Origin: an uncultured Mailhella sp.
GTDB taxonomy: Bacteria > Desulfobacterota > Desulfovibrionia > Desulfovibrionales > Desulfovibrionaceae
Assembly (NCBI RefSeq): GCF_944324615.1
Contig: NZ_CALUWY010000003.1
Coordinates: forward strand, 20,559-84,558
DNA: 64,000 nt
Direction of reading: 5' to 3'
The position numbers and the translations under genes were made by a program. The notes under the pieces were generated by a model. It was not told where the DNA came from, searched no databases, and was given only the letters and a program-made list of their open reading frames with translations. Shown in pieces: positions 60,609 to 64,000 of the stretch. Positions within the stretch are counted from its first letter, which is position 1, and every line of letters begins with the position of its first letter.

Positions 60609-61703
60609 TTACTGGATGGTTTCAGGATCGATGAAGATCCAGTTCTTGTTGGCGGTGACGGGCATGTTCAGCTCGTTCTGCTGCTGGGCGGACTTTTCGG
60701 CATGGTCGATGGTCCAGAGGGCCTTCTTGTCCTTCTTGGGATCGCCGGGCTTGCGGTTGATCCACAGCTTGAGGCCGCCGCGTTCCACGTTCACGCTTTC
60801 CAGCATGTAGGTGTCGGAACCGGTGGAGTCGCCGCCGGCCATGATGGGACGCTGCCACTGGTTGATGTAACCGATGGTGGAACCCTGCTTGCCTTCAAAC
60901 CAGGTCATGGGGTTGGTGAGGAAGGCGGTGGTCACGAGATCCTTGTTCTTTTCGGGGTCGTACTTGCCGTCGCGGATCTGCATGCGGGAGTTGGTGAGTT
61001 CGCCGGTCTTGGGATTCTTGAGCAGCACGGTCACGCCGATGACCTTTTCAGGATCCACGTTGTAGCCGTACTTGGGATCGCAGGCCACCATGCGGATGAT
61101 TTCTTCATGGGCGGCGGTCATGATGTACACGTCGATGCCGTTCTCGCGCAGCTTGGCATAGAGTTCCTGCATGCCGCGGAACATCTTGGGAATGGGCAGC
61201 TTCACGGTGACGACCTTGTCGCCGTCCCACACCTGGCGTTCGATGGGCTTCTTGAGGGCCAGCATTTCATCGAGGTTCTTCTTGAGTTCCTTCAGCGTGA
61301 AGCCGGCGAAGATCTGGGAGGCCCAGGGATAGCTGATGAGGTCGTGCATTTCGCACAGACGCCAGTAGTAGCTCGTCATGTTTTCCTTGCCGCCCTTGAA
61401 GTCCGGGCTGTCCTTGAAGGGAATGAGCTTCAGGGACGGATCCATGGTTTCGCGGGTCAGCAGGCCCTTCTGGTCCATATAGGCCAGCAGCGGATCCAGA
61501 AGGTCGTAGCGGTAGGTGGTCTGATCCATGTCAAAGGTGGCGAACTGGCCCTGATGGGCGTTGGCCTGGATCATGGCTTCGATCTGCGCGCGGGCTTCCT
61601 TGGGCCAGTGCTTGAGTTCGGTGGCCGCGTTCGCACTGCCGATCATCATGGCGCAGCAGAAGGCGGAGGCGAGCAGAGCATTGAGAAGTTTCTTGATCGT
61701 CAT
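60609..61703 (-). CDS. pchP: Secreted phosphorylcholine phosphatase (HAD superfamily)
   Basis: Sec signal ...SANA, then [44 protein letters not shown]; closely resembles Pseudomonas PchP as I recall it. Confidence 0.85.
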   Translation of the reverse strand: MTIKKLLNALLASAFCCAMMIGSANAATELKHWPKEARAQIEAMIQANAHQGQFATFDMDQTTYRYDLLDPLLAYMDQKGLLTRETMDPSLKLIPFKDSPDFKGGKENMTSYYWRLCEMHDLISYPWASQIFAGFTLKELKKNLDEMLALKKPIERQVWDGDKVVTVKLPIPKMFRGMQELYAKLRENGIDVYIMTAAHEEIIRMVACDPKYGYNVDPEKVIGVTVLLKNPKTGELTNSRMQIRDGKYDPEKNKDLVTTAFLTNPMTWFEGKQGSTIGYINQWQRPIMAGGDSTGSDTYMLESVNVERGGLKLWINRKPGDPKKDKKALWTIDHAEKSAQQQNELNMPVTANKNWIFIDPETIQ

Positions 61704-61741
61704 GGAGACCTCCAGAGCTTAGGGTGAGATTCCGGGACCTG

Positions 61742-62005
61742 TTACCTGATGTATTTGTTGATGGTGGCGATGGCTTCCGCACCGGCGCGGAAGAACACGC
61801 GTACTTCTCCGTTTTCATCCAGCTCGAAGCGTGATTCCTCAAGCAGTCCGTTGGATTCGGCCGTCATGAGGGCGGTGAGCACGTCCGCCTTGTTGAGGGC
61901 CTTGAAATGGCCGTATTCGGGCCTGAGCGCTTCAATCACGTCTTCGGGGCAGGCTTCCTTCCCGTTGGTGAAGAGTTTGAGTATGGCGAAGTTCAGCGGC
62001 ATCAT
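61742..62005 (-). CDS. Small conserved protein (winged-helix-like) paired with the EamA transporter
   Basis: 87 aa with an RBS and host-like codon usage; starts 3 bp after the transporter stop. Confidence 0.7.
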   Translation of the reverse strand: MMPLNFAILKLFTNGKEACPEDVIEALRPEYGHFKALNKADVLTALMTAESNGLLEESRFELDENGEVRVFFRAGAEAIATINKYIR

Positions 62006-62008
62006 GGC

Positions 62009-63094
62009 TCAACCCTCCTTCTTCTTCATGAAGAACGCCAGCGGATTAGTGGCGATGGTAAAGATGCCGACGACCATGAGGATGGCGGCGATCCAGGCGA
62101 TGAGGGGCATATCCCAGCCTTCGATGCCGAACACGAGGCCGATCCAGATCCAGCAGAAGAAGGGACCCCAGAAGGAGAACATGCCGTTGCAGGCCATGCC
62201 GAGGGCCGCGCCGCACATGGCGTTGCCCTTGTACCACAGCATGAAGCCCCAGTAACAGGCGAAGCCGCCGACCACGAAGAACTTGAGCGATTCCGTGTCC
62301 GCAAGGGCCTGACCGATGACCTGGAAGCCGTCGGCGCCGCCGATCATGCCGAGCACGGGAACCATGATGATGAGGTTGGAAAGACCGTTGGTCACTTCGC
62401 GGATGGCGATGCTCACTTCAGGATCGATCATGGAGGAGGCGTAACCGCCCACGCACCCTTCGATGCCCCAGCCGAGGGCCGCGCCGAAGCCGAAGAGCAG
62501 GCCGATCATCATGTTGGGGTGCGCTTCCGTGCCGCCCATGCTGGACATGCCGATGAGGGCGCTTGCGCCGAAGCAGATGGCGATGCCGAGCAGCATGCGC
62601 GCCGTGAGGGCCTGCTTGAACAGGATGCGCGCCAGAATGGCGCCTATGGCCGGGCACAGAGCGCTGATGGGCACCACGATGGAACCTGCCTGCTGCAGGC
62701 CGATGACGTAGGCCGTGGAGGCGAAGGGGCCGCCGATGAGGGCAGCGCAGGCGAGAATGGCTCCCGGCTTGGTCTTGAAACTGCGGTAGAAGTCGCCGAG
62801 CTTGCCCTTCCATGCGGCAATGAGCAGAGCCCACACGGCGCTGAAGGTGTCGGTAAGGGCCGCGCCGAGGGCGCTCAGCATGAAGGCCACGGCAAAGGGC
62901 GTGAAGCCGGAGTTGTCTCCGTACCATGTGGTCCATATGCCCACGGACATGGCCAGGGTCATGAAGGCGGTATAGTTGCCGTAGGTGACACCCGACATGA
63001 TGGCGGTAATGATGCCTCTGCGCCGGAAGCCTTCCGCAAGCCTCTTTTTTGCCGCTGCCGCGGACTGATTCGGTGCGCCGCTTGTCTGCGCCAT
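62009..63094 (-). CDS. DMT/EamA-family transporter, probable choline importer
   Basis: About 10 TMs with a duplicated half; GGAGG RBS; located between pchP and a BMC shell gene. Confidence 0.75.
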   Translation of the reverse strand: MAQTSGAPNQSAAAAKKRLAEGFRRRGIITAIMSGVTYGNYTAFMTLAMSVGIWTTWYGDNSGFTPFAVAFMLSALGAALTDTFSAVWALLIAAWKGKLGDFYRSFKTKPGAILACAALIGGPFASTAYVIGLQQAGSIVVPISALCPAIGAILARILFKQALTARMLLGIAICFGASALIGMSSMGGTEAHPNMMIGLLFGFGAALGWGIEGCVGGYASSMIDPEVSIAIREVTNGLSNLIIMVPVLGMIGGADGFQVIGQALADTESLKFFVVGGFACYWGFMLWYKGNAMCGAALGMACNGMFSFWGPFFCWIWIGLVFGIEGWDMPLIAWIAAILMVVGIFTIATNPLAFFMKKKEG

Positions 63095-63377
63095 GTGTCC
63101 TCCTCTGTTTGGAACGCTTTATACACAATCGCCTTCAGGCGGGACTCTACGTTCGCATAACATGCGGGTCGGCGTTTCGCCGGGCCGTGTCGAAAAACAC
63201 CGCGAAGTCCTCACCTTCTGGGGAAACCTTCCCCTCGGGGAGAATGCTCCGCCGGAAACAGGATTTTTTCCCCGCGGGGGAAAAGCTTTCCGCAGGGGGG
63301 AAGGATTCCGCCCTGCCCGCGGCACTCAGTCTGCGGGATTAATCCTGTAAAAAACGCACGTTGGCATAATCAGGGTT

Positions 63378-63408
63378 AGAATAACCTTTCCCCTAGGGGA
63401 AAGGTCAA
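63378..63408 (-). promoter_or_regulatory. MerR-type promoter (leftward) with perfect palindrome
   Basis: Minus strand TTGACC-19 bp-TATTCT; palindrome ACCTTTCCCCTAGGGGAAAGGT at 63384-63405. Confidence 0.8.
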
Positions 63409-63681
63409 CCCCGTTTTGTGCGCGAAAGGGCGATCTTTTGCGCCGGAAGAAAAAAGAAAAAAATTTTGCCTGATATTATAGGCTGTTTTCCTTCCTCCTT
63501 ACTGGGAAAAAACTTCATATTGGCGTAACATTTGCCGGAAAGGGCCGGAAAAAGTCCTCCATCTACCTTGAATGAATGCACAAACAGTTTTTCTGCAATT
63601 CTCCGCAACGGCGCGAGTTTGCTTGCCTTTGAAGGGTGGGGGCGTTTTTTCCTCTTTATGGCTCTTTTGGGGGAAATGTTC

Positions 63682-63712
63682 TTGACCTTCCCCTATAGGG
63701 AAAGGCTATGAT
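63682..63712 (+). promoter_or_regulatory. MerR-type promoter (rightward)
   Basis: TTGACC-19 bp-TATGAT with the dyad CCTTCCCCTA/TAGGGAAAGG spanning the -35/spacer. Confidence 0.8.
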
Positions 63713-63788
63713 AATCATACTATCCAAAACAGGTTTCCGCCGGCCTGTGCCGGTATGAACAGAAATTCCGAACCGGAATGGAGAGAGT

Positions 63789-64000
63789 ATGAGGTATCAC
63801 GCTGAAGAGGCCATGGGCCTCATTGAAACCCTTGGGATGGTGCCTGCCATCTACGGCGCGGATGCCATGCTGAAGGCCGCCGATGTCCAGCTTTTCTCCT
63901 ACGAAAACGTGGGGTCCACGCTGGTGACCATCATGGTCAAGGGCGACGTGGCCGCAGTGCGCGCCTCTGTGGAGGCGGGCAGGGCCGCGGCTTCCTCCAT
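63789..64000 (+). CDS. Bacterial microcompartment BMC-H shell protein (partial, runs off right edge)
   Basis: MRYHAEEAMGLIETLG...ADAMLKAADV...GSTLVTIMVKGDVAAVRASVEAG. Confidence 0.93.
   Translation, partial: MRYHAEEAMGLIETLGMVPAIYGADAMLKAADVQLFSYENVGSTLVTIMVKGDVAAVRASVEAGRAAASS

Noticed and set aside
63095-63370. Long GC-rich leader of the EamA gene as a riboswitch
   Set aside because: No known aptamer consensus recognised; local hairpins are expected at this GC content.
1-64000. CRISPR array, prophage, integrase, rRNA
   Set aside because: No regularly spaced repeat-spacer array, phage genes, integrase next to tRNA-His or rRNA sequence seen.

Overview
GC-rich chromosomal window from a Desulfovibrionaceae-like, probably gut-dwelling deltaproteobacterium (inferred from gene content and protein style). 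1-18.4 kb is housekeeping: comEC (runs off the left edge), murA, tRNA-His, xth, an IHF/HU subunit, prfB with its +1 frameshift, lnt, comM, lptD, alr, an atypical pyrK-pyrD pair, mntP and rnj. 18.9-45.5 kb is an accessory biofilm/c-di-GMP region. It holds an alkyl-sulfatase-like hydrolase with a tandem operator, two diguanylate cyclases, and an IS1595-family element with no target duplication that abuts a 5'-truncated vWA/RTX adhesin. A GT4 glycosyltransferase and a complete Lap-type type I secretion system follow, with a LapG-like protease paired to a degenerate HD-GYP membrane protein rather than LapD. Two decayed IS200 elements and a full phosphorelay (two hybrid kinases, Hpt, REC-HD-GYP) close the region. 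45.6-60 kb has a decayed aminotransferase, a PRTase-AbgT-M20 cluster, a two-domain PPK2, an unusual FemAB-like/TraB-GumN/FemAB-like fusion followed by a radical SAM-SPASM enzyme, a GNAT and cstA. 60.6-64 kb is the edge of a probable choline-utilisation microcompartment locus (secreted phosphorylcholine phosphatase, small protein, EamA transporter, BMC shell gene) driven by two divergent MerR-type promoters. All calls come from motif recognition by eye; no database searches were run.
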